Both the position numbers and the translations under genes were made by a program. A model generated the notes under the pieces. It was not told the DNA's origin. It did not search any database and saw nothing but the letters and a program-made list of their open reading frames with translations. From Promethearchaeota archaeon (GTDB lineage: Archaea > Asgardarchaeota > Lokiarchaeia > Sigyniarchaeales > SOKP01): a stretch of DNA of 24,757 nucleotides. Location of the stretch: NCBI GenBank assembly GCA_019058015.1, contig JAHLWH010000060.1, positions 1-24,757 on the forward strand, given 5' to 3'. Numbering within the stretch: position 1 is the stretch's first letter; the number at the start of each line of letters is the position of its first letter. Shown here one piece after another: positions 17,890-24,757 of this stretch.

Positions 17890-18807
17890 CTATTTTTTTA
17901 ATCCCAACATTTCCCTTGCCTCATCAACTGTGGCTGGTTCTCTTCCTATTTCCCGGGCTAATCTAATCATTCGTTCCACTAGTTGTGCATTACTTTTTAC
18001 TGGTACCCCCTTCTGGTAATAAATAGTATCTTCGAGTCCGGTTCTAACATTACCCCCCATTGACATAGCGATAAGAGTGGTTCGTAAATGGAATTTACCA
18101 ACTATAACAACTTGCCACGTTGATCCCTCGGGAAGTTGCTCAATCATGCTTAATAGATTCTTTACCGTTGCAGGAGCACCCCCTTTAATTCCCAAAACAA
18201 GGCTAAAGTGCAGAGGTGGTATTAAAATGCCTTTATCGACAAGTTCCATAATATTAGCAATATGGCTTAAATCATATACTTCAATCTCAATACCACAACC
18301 CAATTTTTTACATCCTTTAACAAATTTTCTATTAAAATCCATTGGATTATCGAATAATCCCCCGCCATAAGGAGTTCTGAATTCAAATGATCCAGCGTTA
18401 ATGGTAAACATTTCAGGTATAGGCTCAATTGTAAGTAAATTCAATCTTGCTTCCAGTGTTGGTTGCACAATCATGGATTTTACCGCTTTTCTACCATATC
18501 TAGTTATGGTTGTAGTTGTTTCAAGGCGTGCACCAATTCCATTACCGATCTGCCTAATAATTGGGCACTTCTCACCAATTAATTTTACTGCTTCATTATA
18601 TACATTTATATCGGCTGTATTTTGACCATCAGGACCACGTACGTGAAGATGTAGGATTGATGCACCTGCATTATAACATTCCAGAGCATCCTGAGCCTGC
18701 TCCTCCGGAGTTATCGGCAACGAAGGATTAGCCCATTTACCATGAATTCCTCCAGTTATCGCAATGGTTATAATTACTTTTTTCTCTGAAAGAAGATTTG
18801 GTTTCAT
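17890..18807 (-). CDS. Beta-keto acid cleavage enzyme family (BKACE / Kce-like, DUF849), divergent active site
   Basis: IITIAITG..PSLPITPEEQA..AGASILHLHVR (Zn HxH), EIEVYD, GGNVRTGLED, SNAQLVER..GREPATVDEAR. Confidence 0.95.
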   Translation of the reverse strand: MKPNLLSEKKVIITIAITGGIHGKWANPSLPITPEEQAQDALECYNAGASILHLHVRGPDGQNTADINVYNEAVKLIGEKCPIIRQIGNGIGARLETTTTITRYGRKAVKSMIVQPTLEARLNLLTIEPIPEMFTINAGSFEFRTPYGGGLFDNPMDFNRKFVKGCKKLGCGIEIEVYDLSHIANIMELVDKGILIPPLHFSLVLGIKGGAPATVKNLLSMIEQLPEGSTWQVVIVGKFHLRTTLIAMSMGGNVRTGLEDTIYYQKGVPVKSNAQLVERMIRLAREIGREPATVDEAREMLGLKK

Positions 18808-18840
18808 TTCTATTATCTCTTTTATATTATTAATTTAGTT

Positions 18841-18877
18841 TAATGATGACATTATTTAAAATTTTTTATCGGATAAA
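18841..18877 (-). promoter_or_regulatory. Promoter of the BKACE gene flanked by two short palindromes
   Basis: Minus strand GATAAAAAATTTTAAATAA (BRE/TATA-like). Palindromes TAATG-atga-CATTA (18841-18854) and TTTATC-g-GATAAA (18865-18877). Confidence 0.4.
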
Positions 18878-19034
18878 GCCTTTCTATTATTACATCTTTC
18901 TTCTTTATTTTCTTCCAAATATGTCTATAAAATAAAAAGTTTTGCGGATTAAATAAAAAGAAAATGAATTAATAGACCAATTAATTATTCTAAATAGTTC
19001 TATTGAGTCGAAAAAATATGTAGAATAATAAAAA

Positions 19035-19970
19035 ATGGCAGATGTAAATTATACTTTCCTTTTATCATTAACGATAATTTTAATTGGGTTTATTCTTAAA
19101 AAAGTGAATGTAATCAAGGAAGAAAATGGCAAGATTATTGCAAAAATCATATTTAATGTCACATTACCGGCAATTATCTTAAAGGTAACAAGCACCATTG
19201 AATTTAATTTATCATTGAGTTTAATACCATTAATTCACATAATTTTTGGACTTGGAATGCTAGGTATTGCCCTTATTTTATTTAGAAATTATCCACGAAA
19301 TATAAAAGGGCTAATATTAATGACTGTGATTGGATTTAATGTTGTTCATTTAGCATTTCCATTAGTAGAAGGGATTTGGGGCGAAGAGGGACTACAATAT
19401 ATTGTTCTTGTTGATGCGGGTAATGCTATTACAGTATTTTTACTCTGTTATATCGTGGGTTGCATTTTTTCACCGACACTCAATAATGAAGGAAAAAAAG
19501 TGGACTTTAAACATATTGTCAAGCGCTTGTTAAAATCTGCACCTTTAATGAGTTATGTCATAGCCCTTACTATAAATTTTTCGGGTTTCATCATGCCAAT
19601 TTTTATAACAGATATATTGGATATTTTCGCAAGAGCAAACACAGCCTTAACATTGCTATTATTAGGTATTTATTTGAGTTTCAAATTTGAGAAAGCAGAA
19701 TGGAAGGTAATTTTAAAAGTTCTCATAATGCGCTATTTATTTGGGCTTTCTATTGGTCTCTCATTGTTCTTTTTCTTACCAATCGACCAATTTCCTCATC
19801 TTTATAGAGTTGTTATCACTATTTCGTTAATTTTACCAATAGGTCTTGCAGTTATTCCATTTTCTGTAGAATTTGAGTATGACCAAAAGATAATTAGTAT
19901 GTTAGTGAATTTGAGTATTATTATCAGTTTTTCTCTGCTATGGATCTTAATTTTACTATTAGGTGCATAA
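19035..19970 (+). CDS. AEC family transporter (auxin efflux carrier / malate permease-like)
   Basis: ~10 TM; IIFNVTLPAII, GFNV..LAFPLVEGIWGEEGL, LLKSAPL, LTLLLLGIYL. Confidence 0.92.
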   Translation: MADVNYTFLLSLTIILIGFILKKVNVIKEENGKIIAKIIFNVTLPAIILKVTSTIEFNLSLSLIPLIHIIFGLGMLGIALILFRNYPRNIKGLILMTVIGFNVVHLAFPLVEGIWGEEGLQYIVLVDAGNAITVFLLCYIVGCIFSPTLNNEGKKVDFKHIVKRLLKSAPLMSYVIALTINFSGFIMPIFITDILDIFARANTALTLLLLGIYLSFKFEKAEWKVILKVLIMRYLFGLSIGLSLFFFLPIDQFPHLYRVVITISLILPIGLAVIPFSVEFEYDQKIISMLVNLSIIISFSLLWILILLLGA

Positions 19971-20101
19971 TTTTATAGAAAATGATAAGGCCATTTCTTC
20001 TGAAATTTTTATCTTACAGCAATTTTTTTAAAAAAGAATAACTTATTTTGATAAAATTGATTTTAATTATCAATTAATCAAATATTACTGGAGAGAATAA
20101 T

Positions 20102-20986
20102 TTGATGAAACTTCTGGAAGGAAAATACGCTTTAGTAACTGGTGGAGGGCGTGGTATTGGAAGGGCTGTTGCGCTTGAATTTGCAAAAAATGGTGCTCAT
20201 GTGGCGATTACGGCTCTTGAAAAGAATGAATTAGATCAGACTCATAAAGAAATTGAAAGTTATGGTGTAAAATGTTTCTCCATTCCAACTGACTTAACTA
20301 TACTTGAGAATGTGAAAGAGTGTGCCAAAAAATACTTAAAAAATTTCAATAGATGTGATATTCTCGTAAATAATGCCGGGATGACCCATTATTCCTCTCT
20401 GATCGATTTTCCTCTTGAAAAAGCTCAAAAATTATTCAATCTAAACTTCATGGCATCCTATATAATGACTAAGCAAATCCTTCCTAATATGGTCGAACAT
20501 GGTGGCGGAAAAATAATTATGACCTCCTCGGTTCAAGGAAATATTTATTTCAGTGGTCATAAAGTTGCTTATTCTGCCTCTAAAGCAGCTCTTACTGCAA
20601 TGGCTAAATGTCTGCAAGCTGAAGAGGGTCACAATAATATTCAAGTGAGTGTGATTTTGCCAGGAGCAATCCAAACTAAGTTGATAGAAGATATGAAAGA
20701 TTTAGGACAAACAAGCCTTAAAGCAGATCCGCCTGAAGCAATTTCACCAATATATTTATTTCTTGCGAGTCATTTGGCAGGACGTCGCTATAATGGTAAA
20801 GTTATAAATCAACAATTACTATTCGAGCTATTACCTGAGCTCCAAAAACAAATTGGCGAAGCAGATTACGACATCAAGGAATTGCTTAAATTGATGAAAG
20901 GGAAATTAAGCACACAGATTAATGATCTATTTAGAAAAAATTTAGAATTGGTGGACTTTCTGTTAAAATATAAGAAATTAATCTAA
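20102..20986 (+). CDS. Classical SDR family oxidoreductase with C-terminal extension
   Basis: LVTGGGRGIG, ILVNNAG, catalytic S..YSASK, PGAIQT. Start is probably ATG at 20105. Confidence 0.95.
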   Translation: MMKLLEGKYALVTGGGRGIGRAVALEFAKNGAHVAITALEKNELDQTHKEIESYGVKCFSIPTDLTILENVKECAKKYLKNFNRCDILVNNAGMTHYSSLIDFPLEKAQKLFNLNFMASYIMTKQILPNMVEHGGGKIIMTSSVQGNIYFSGHKVAYSASKAALTAMAKCLQAEEGHNNIQVSVILPGAIQTKLIEDMKDLGQTSLKADPPEAISPIYLFLASHLAGRRYNGKVINQQLLFELLPELQKQIGEADYDIKELLKLMKGKLSTQINDLFRKNLELVDFLLKYKKLI

Positions 20987-21106
20987 CTTATATTTACAAA
21001 AATTCGTAGTTTTTGAATTATCAACACAACAATTAGAACAAATTCTTTTTTGCAATAACTTTTCAAAGTCATTTTCTTGATATCGTGGTTTTAGATGATA
21101 TTTCAT
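20978..21106 (-). pseudogene. 42-aa micro-ORF or gene remnant with a degenerate zinc ribbon
   Basis: MKYHLKPRYQENDFEKLLQKRICSNCCVDNSKTTNFCKYKLD*. It has CxxC-x-x-x-N-x5-FC zinc-ribbon spacing but lacks the last Cys. Below the ORF-track cutoff. Confidence 0.45.
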
Positions 21107-21145
21107 GATTCGAATTCAAGTGAATGTTTATTGCAATAAGAGAAT

Positions 21146-22687
21146 CTATGTCGGAGATGCTCTTTTAGGATAACGACTTTGTATAATAAGACTTTCATGG
21201 AGCATTTTATCCAACATTTCACATCGCAATTCTTTCTCATCATTCCATAAATTATTTAATTCTTCTGGATCGTTCTTACGGTCGAATAAATCTCCATATC
21301 CGGGTAATTCTGCATAAACTGTTAATTTATGTGTATCTGTAATTAAATGTCTTACTCTTGTATAAATGGGACCATAAGGACCAACTTCCTCATCTTCTGC
21401 GATTAAAAAGTAATCTCTAAGTTTTTTATTGGGGTCCTCTAAAATTGGAGTTATATCAAAACCTTGCATATCGGGAGGTTGATGGCGTTCTTTTATATTC
21501 AAAAGGTTTAAAATAGTTGGTGTAAAATCGATTGAACTAACAATAGAGTCAGAAACTGCGGATTTAGTCAATCCAGGTACTTTCCATAATAGTGGAACTT
21601 TTAGTAAGCTTTCAAAGGGGGAAGGACCTTTTTCTACCAATCCATGTTCTCCCATTAAATCACCATGATCACTTGTATAAATTATCATTGTATTATCAGC
21701 CAAACCTAGTCTTTTTAAGGTGGTTAAGATTTCACCTATAGCATCATCCACCATAGCTAAAGATCCATAAGTTCCAGCAATAAATTTTCGAGCATCTTCT
21801 TCTGTTACTTCTAACAACATTGCTCCTTCTATAACCATAGATTCTAAAAAGGGACCTAAAAATTTATGTTTATATAAATTCTCTATATCACTAAAATTCG
21901 ATGGTAAGTTAATTTTATCTGGTTTGTACATATTTTTATATTTTCCTGGAGGTCCTACGGGATGGTGTGGATCTGGAAATGAACAATGAAAATAAAAAGG
22001 TTTGTCTCCATAATCACCATTTGCATATCTTTTGAGAAAAGATATATTACGTTCTTTTATATATGTAGTATTATAAAGATCTTCTGGTAAATTAATATCA
22101 CAAAAGATTCCAAAAAAATTATCAAAAAATTTCTGATAAATCTTTTCTAATTTGGGTAAATATTCGGGTCCTCTTTCTTTTAACCAATCCAAATAGTGTC
22201 CGCAACACATTTGACCATGAGCAATTACGATTTCTACTTCCTCAAATCCATAATATGGGATTGGGAAATTTTCTTTAACGGGATTGTTTCCTGTCTCTTT
22301 AGCGAACCAATCACCAGCACTTTCTGTTGATTTATCTTTTTTTTTATATGGAGGTAAAAAGTATTGATAATGCATTTTTCCAACAGCAGCTGTATGATAC
22401 CCCATTTTTTTCAAAACCTTGGCTAGAGTAGGAATTTCTGTAGATAAACTAATTCCATTGCTTCTAACACCATGCACCATTGGATATAATCCTGTAACCA
22501 TGCTTGCTCTATTTGGCATACACATAGGATTAGCACAAAAAGCATTGGTGAATCGGATACCATCTTTTGCTATACTATCAATATTTGGTGTTTTTAAAAC
22601 TAGGTTTCCAGCACAACTCAGATGATCGGCTCGTTGCTGATCGGTCATTATAAACAATACATTCATTTTCTCGCTCATAATTACCAA
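21146..22687 (-). CDS. Formylglycine-dependent (Cys-type) sulfatase family hydrolase
   Basis: NVLFIMTDQQR, CMPNRASMVTG (CxPxR), VGKMH, FPDPHHP, YTSDHG, DPEELNNL. No signal peptide. Start may be the Met at 22678. Confidence 0.95.
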   Translation of the reverse strand: MVIMSEKMNVLFIMTDQQRADHLSCAGNLVLKTPNIDSIAKDGIRFTNAFCANPMCMPNRASMVTGLYPMVHGVRSNGISLSTEIPTLAKVLKKMGYHTAAVGKMHYQYFLPPYKKKDKSTESAGDWFAKETGNNPVKENFPIPYYGFEEVEIVIAHGQMCCGHYLDWLKERGPEYLPKLEKIYQKFFDNFFGIFCDINLPEDLYNTTYIKERNISFLKRYANGDYGDKPFYFHCSFPDPHHPVGPPGKYKNMYKPDKINLPSNFSDIENLYKHKFLGPFLESMVIEGAMLLEVTEEDARKFIAGTYGSLAMVDDAIGEILTTLKRLGLADNTMIIYTSDHGDLMGEHGLVEKGPSPFESLLKVPLLWKVPGLTKSAVSDSIVSSIDFTPTILNLLNIKERHQPPDMQGFDITPILEDPNKKLRDYFLIAEDEEVGPYGPIYTRVRHLITDTHKLTVYAELPGYGDLFDRKNDPEELNNLWNDEKELRCEMLDKMLHESLIIQSRYPKRASPT

Positions 22688-22854
22688 ATTAATAAATTTA
22701 ATTGTAAGATTTAAATTCTAAATAGTGATTTATTTAAAGAAATTAAGTTTTGATAATAAATTTTTGTTAATTTCTTAAAAACAGTATAATTATATTATTT
22801 TTGATAATATCATTTGATTCTTAATTTTCTATCTGAATAACTATCCAAAATTGT

Positions 22855-22870
22855 AAAAAGTTTAAATACT
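22855..22870 (+). promoter_or_regulatory. BRE/TATA promoter of the 22941 gene
   Basis: AAAAAG-TTTAAATA upstream of the gene; SD-like AAGGAAGGT a few nt before the ATG. Confidence 0.5.
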
Positions 22871-22940
22871 CACCAACTCAATTTATACTTTGTTTTAAAA
22901 TCCAATTTTATTAAAAAAAAAATAAAGGAAGGTAAAAAAT

Positions 22941-23261
22941 ATGGTATTAGTTATGGTAACTTCATGGTTTCCACCTGGTAAAGCAGCTGAGGCTGGAAAA
23001 AAATATCTTGAAGTTATGAAAAAATATCCTGCAGAATCTTTTGAAAAACCTGTTTTATTAATAGGTGTGAGAGCTACTAAAGATGGTATAAAATCGATTT
23101 CTATCACTGAGGCTAAAAAGGGTGATTTAGAAAAAGTATTAAATATTGAAATGAAACGTATGCTTATGTTTGGTGCTATCGGAGGATTTAGGTATGAAAT
23201 TGAAACTTATATTTCAGGAGTAGAAGCCATGTCAATGGTCGGTCTAGGAATGCCAGAATAG
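22941..23261 (+). CDS. Small conserved-looking hypothetical protein (possible ferredoxin-like alpha/beta fold)
   Basis: 106 aa with ATG, SD, own promoter and a downstream T9 tract; alternating beta/alpha pattern. Confidence 0.85.
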   Translation: MVLVMVTSWFPPGKAAEAGKKYLEVMKKYPAESFEKPVLLIGVRATKDGIKSISITEAKKGDLEKVLNIEMKRMLMFGAIGGFRYEIETYISGVEAMSMVGLGMPE

Positions 23262-23446
23262 AAATATTCTCCACGATAATAGTCTAAAATTAAATACTTT
23301 TTTTTTATAAAATTATTACAATTTGATTCTTATTTATTTAAAATTATATGGCTACTTAAGTATCTTTTATATTTGAACTTTTTAATTTAGCATCTAATTA
23401 AATTTTCTGATAATACTAATAGATATTTTCCAGATTTATTTTTGTA

Positions 23447-23887
23447 TTACCAGAATTGCACTCTTAATTTATCTTGCACAGTTTTAATTGTTTCAAAATG
23501 AGTGTGATCAGTTGTGATGACAATAAATCCTTTCGAGATGCCGATGGATCCAATTAATGCATCCATAATGGGAACGGGTGTTCCATTAACTTTCAATAAA
23601 TGGATTAATTCACCAAAAACTTTTGCTTCTTTTATTCCTAAGGTAATAATACGCTCTTGTCTTTTTAATTGTACAACCATCCGGTCAAATAATTCTTCTT
23701 GAATCTTTAGTTTGATGGGATTTCTCTTTTTAAATTTTTCATTATAAAATCCAGAGTAGATTTCAGCAAGAGAATAGGTTGTTAGGAAGATATTTTGTTT
23801 TTTGGATGAGATTTTATGATAATTTTTAATTATTTTTGAATTATCTCGTAAAATCCCTATGATAATATTAGTATCGAGTAAATAAAT
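23447..23887 (-). CDS. vapC: PIN domain VapC toxin (N-terminally extended relative to the ORF track; no canonical start)
   Basis: The frame is open from 23899: GGIKIYLLDTNIIIGILR..YSLAEIYSG..IMDALI..TTDHTHF, with all four PIN acidic residues. The first in-frame ATG (23680) is mid-domain. ATT at 23887 lies 7 nt after AGGTGG. Confidence 0.85.
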   Translation of the reverse strand: MYLLDTNIIIGILRDNSKIIKNYHKISSKKQNIFLTTYSLAEIYSGFYNEKFKKRNPIKLKIQEELFDRMVVQLKRQERIITLGIKEAKVFGELIHLLKVNGTPVPIMDALIGSIGISKGFIVITTDHTHFETIKTVQDKLRVQFW

Positions 23888-23899
23888 CTTGATGCCACC

Positions 23900-24139
23900 T
23901 TACTCTATTTCATCTATTAAATGCTCATATCGATTTTGTTTAATTAATTTTTCGATGTCCTTCCAAAGATCTCCATTCTCACGCAAAATACCTCTAAATT
24001 CTAATAATGGATCATATTGAGAAGGATCTTGCAAAGCACAAAGGCGCATAATCAATTCGGAATAAGATTCATTTTTCTTCTTCAATTTACTTAATAATTT
24101 ATATGATTTTTCATTTAATGAAATGGTTTTTTGAGTCAT
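23900..24139 (-). CDS. vapB: Archaeal VapB antitoxin (DUF217-like)
   Basis: KTISLNEKSYKLLSKLKKKNESYSELIMRL..LLEFRGIL pattern; directly upstream of the PIN gene. Confidence 0.9.
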   Translation of the reverse strand: MTQKTISLNEKSYKLLSKLKKKNESYSELIMRLCALQDPSQYDPLLEFRGILRENGDLWKDIEKLIKQNRYEHLIDEIE

Positions 24140-24142
24140 TAA

Positions 24143-24170
24143 GAGTATTATGTAAATTTGAGTATAAATA
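24143..24170 (-). promoter_or_regulatory. vapBC promoter (near-leaderless) with ATACTC direct repeat
   Basis: Minus strand TTTATACTC-aaatttacata-ATACTC-tta-ATG. The TATA-like box is ~23 nt before the ATG. Confidence 0.5.
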
Positions 24171-24226
24171 GATAACTATTTATTACTATTTAATTAAGTA
24201 ATATTTAATTTAAAAGGAGGTGCTAC

Positions 24227-24757
24227 CTATAATTTTTTATTGAGCTTCTCAAGCATATCTTTAGTCATTGCCGTAAGGTCAAAGTTTGGATTCCAGGACC
24301 ATTCTTTTCGTGCTAATGAGTCGTCGATGGTTTTTGGCCAAGAATCGGCGATTGCTTGTCTAAAGTCCGGTTTATACTCGATTTCGAATTCGGGTATGTG
24401 TATTTTAATTTCAGCTGCCAATTCCCCTGCAGAAAAAGTCAATCCAGTCACATTATATATATGACGGGTCAATTTTGCACCATCTGCTTCCATTAGGTCG
24501 ATCATGCAGTTTATACAATCTGGCATATACATCATTGGCAATACAGTGTCTTCTTTAACAAAGCAGGTATATCGTTTATTCTTGATCGCTTCATAGAAGA
24601 TTTCTACGGCATAATCGGTTGTTCCCCCTCCGGGGGGTGTTTCACTACTGATAATTCCAGGAAGTCTCATTGAGCGAGTGTCAAGACCGAATTTTTTAAA
24701 GTAGTATTCTGCTAACAGTTCTCCGGCCACTTTTGTTATTCCATACATCGTAGTGGG
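24227..24757 (-). CDS. tdh: SDR-type L-threonine 3-dehydrogenase (NAD-dependent epimerase/dehydratase family), 5' part outside the window
   Basis: PTTMYGITK (YxxxK), RLPGIIS..PGGGTTDYAVEIF, LPMMYMPD, RQAIADSWP..DDSLARKEW. The frame is open to the window edge. Confidence 0.88.
   Translation of the reverse strand, partial: PTTMYGITKVAGELLAEYYFKKFGLDTRSMRLPGIISSETPPGGGTTDYAVEIFYEAIKNKRYTCFVKEDTVLPMMYMPDCINCMIDLMEADGAKLTRHIYNVTGLTFSAGELAAEIKIHIPEFEIEYKPDFRQAIADSWPKTIDDSLARKEWSWNPNFDLTAMTKDMLEKLNKKL

Noticed and set aside
8850-24226. TA modules as integron cassettes or IS passengers
   Set aside because: No integrase or transposase, and no shared attC-like or terminal inverted repeats were found at the module flanks.
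893-24464. Other short ORFs nested in or antisense to well-supported genes (e.g. 893..1075, 1482..1679, 2410..2751, 7271..7507, 7724..8002, 8622..8864, 11336..11773, 12765..13487, 16999..17355, 18077..18625, 20441..20674, 22419..22625, 22895..23107, 23514..23702, 24240..24464)
   Set aside because: They overlap genes with clear family motifs and show no recognisable protein features.
1-24757. tRNA, rRNA, structured ncRNA or selenocysteine recoding
   Set aside because: All intergenic regions are very AT-rich without GC-rich stems, and no gene appears interrupted by an in-frame TGA at a Cys position.

Overview
AT-rich (roughly 30% GC by eye, not computed) prokaryotic chromosome segment. It has archaeal hallmarks: BRE/TATA-like promoters, a GGTGA Shine-Dalgarno, oligo-T terminators and archaeal-type VapB antitoxins. 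The gene repertoire suggests an Asgard archaeon, Lokiarchaeia-like (inference). The left ~7 kb holds a MarR regulator, two methyltransferases, a flavin reductase, membrane proteins, and a decaying locus (a 5'-truncated GH57-like ORF followed by a frameshifted, internally duplicated membrane protein). The right ~17 kb is a catabolic neighbourhood: FAD oxidoreductase plus CCG Fe-S partner, two GPH/MFS transporters, an M24-fold hydrolase with non-canonical metal ligands, a flavodoxin-like protein, an acetoacetate-decarboxylase-family protein, a divergent BKACE/Kce-family enzyme, an AEC permease, an SDR, a sulfatase and a partial SDR-type threonine dehydrogenase. Three co-oriented toxin-antitoxin modules (one Doc, two VapBC) punctuate it. 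Best leads: (i) a possible undescribed beta-keto-acid cleavage/decarboxylation pathway; (ii) a VapC with an intact catalytic quartet but no canonical start codon, in frame directly behind its antitoxin stop; (iii) a Doc module separating an oxidoreductase gene pair; (iv) several enzymes with altered active sites; (v) an uncalled zinc-ribbon-like micro-ORF. No RNA genes, CRISPR arrays or transposases were seen.
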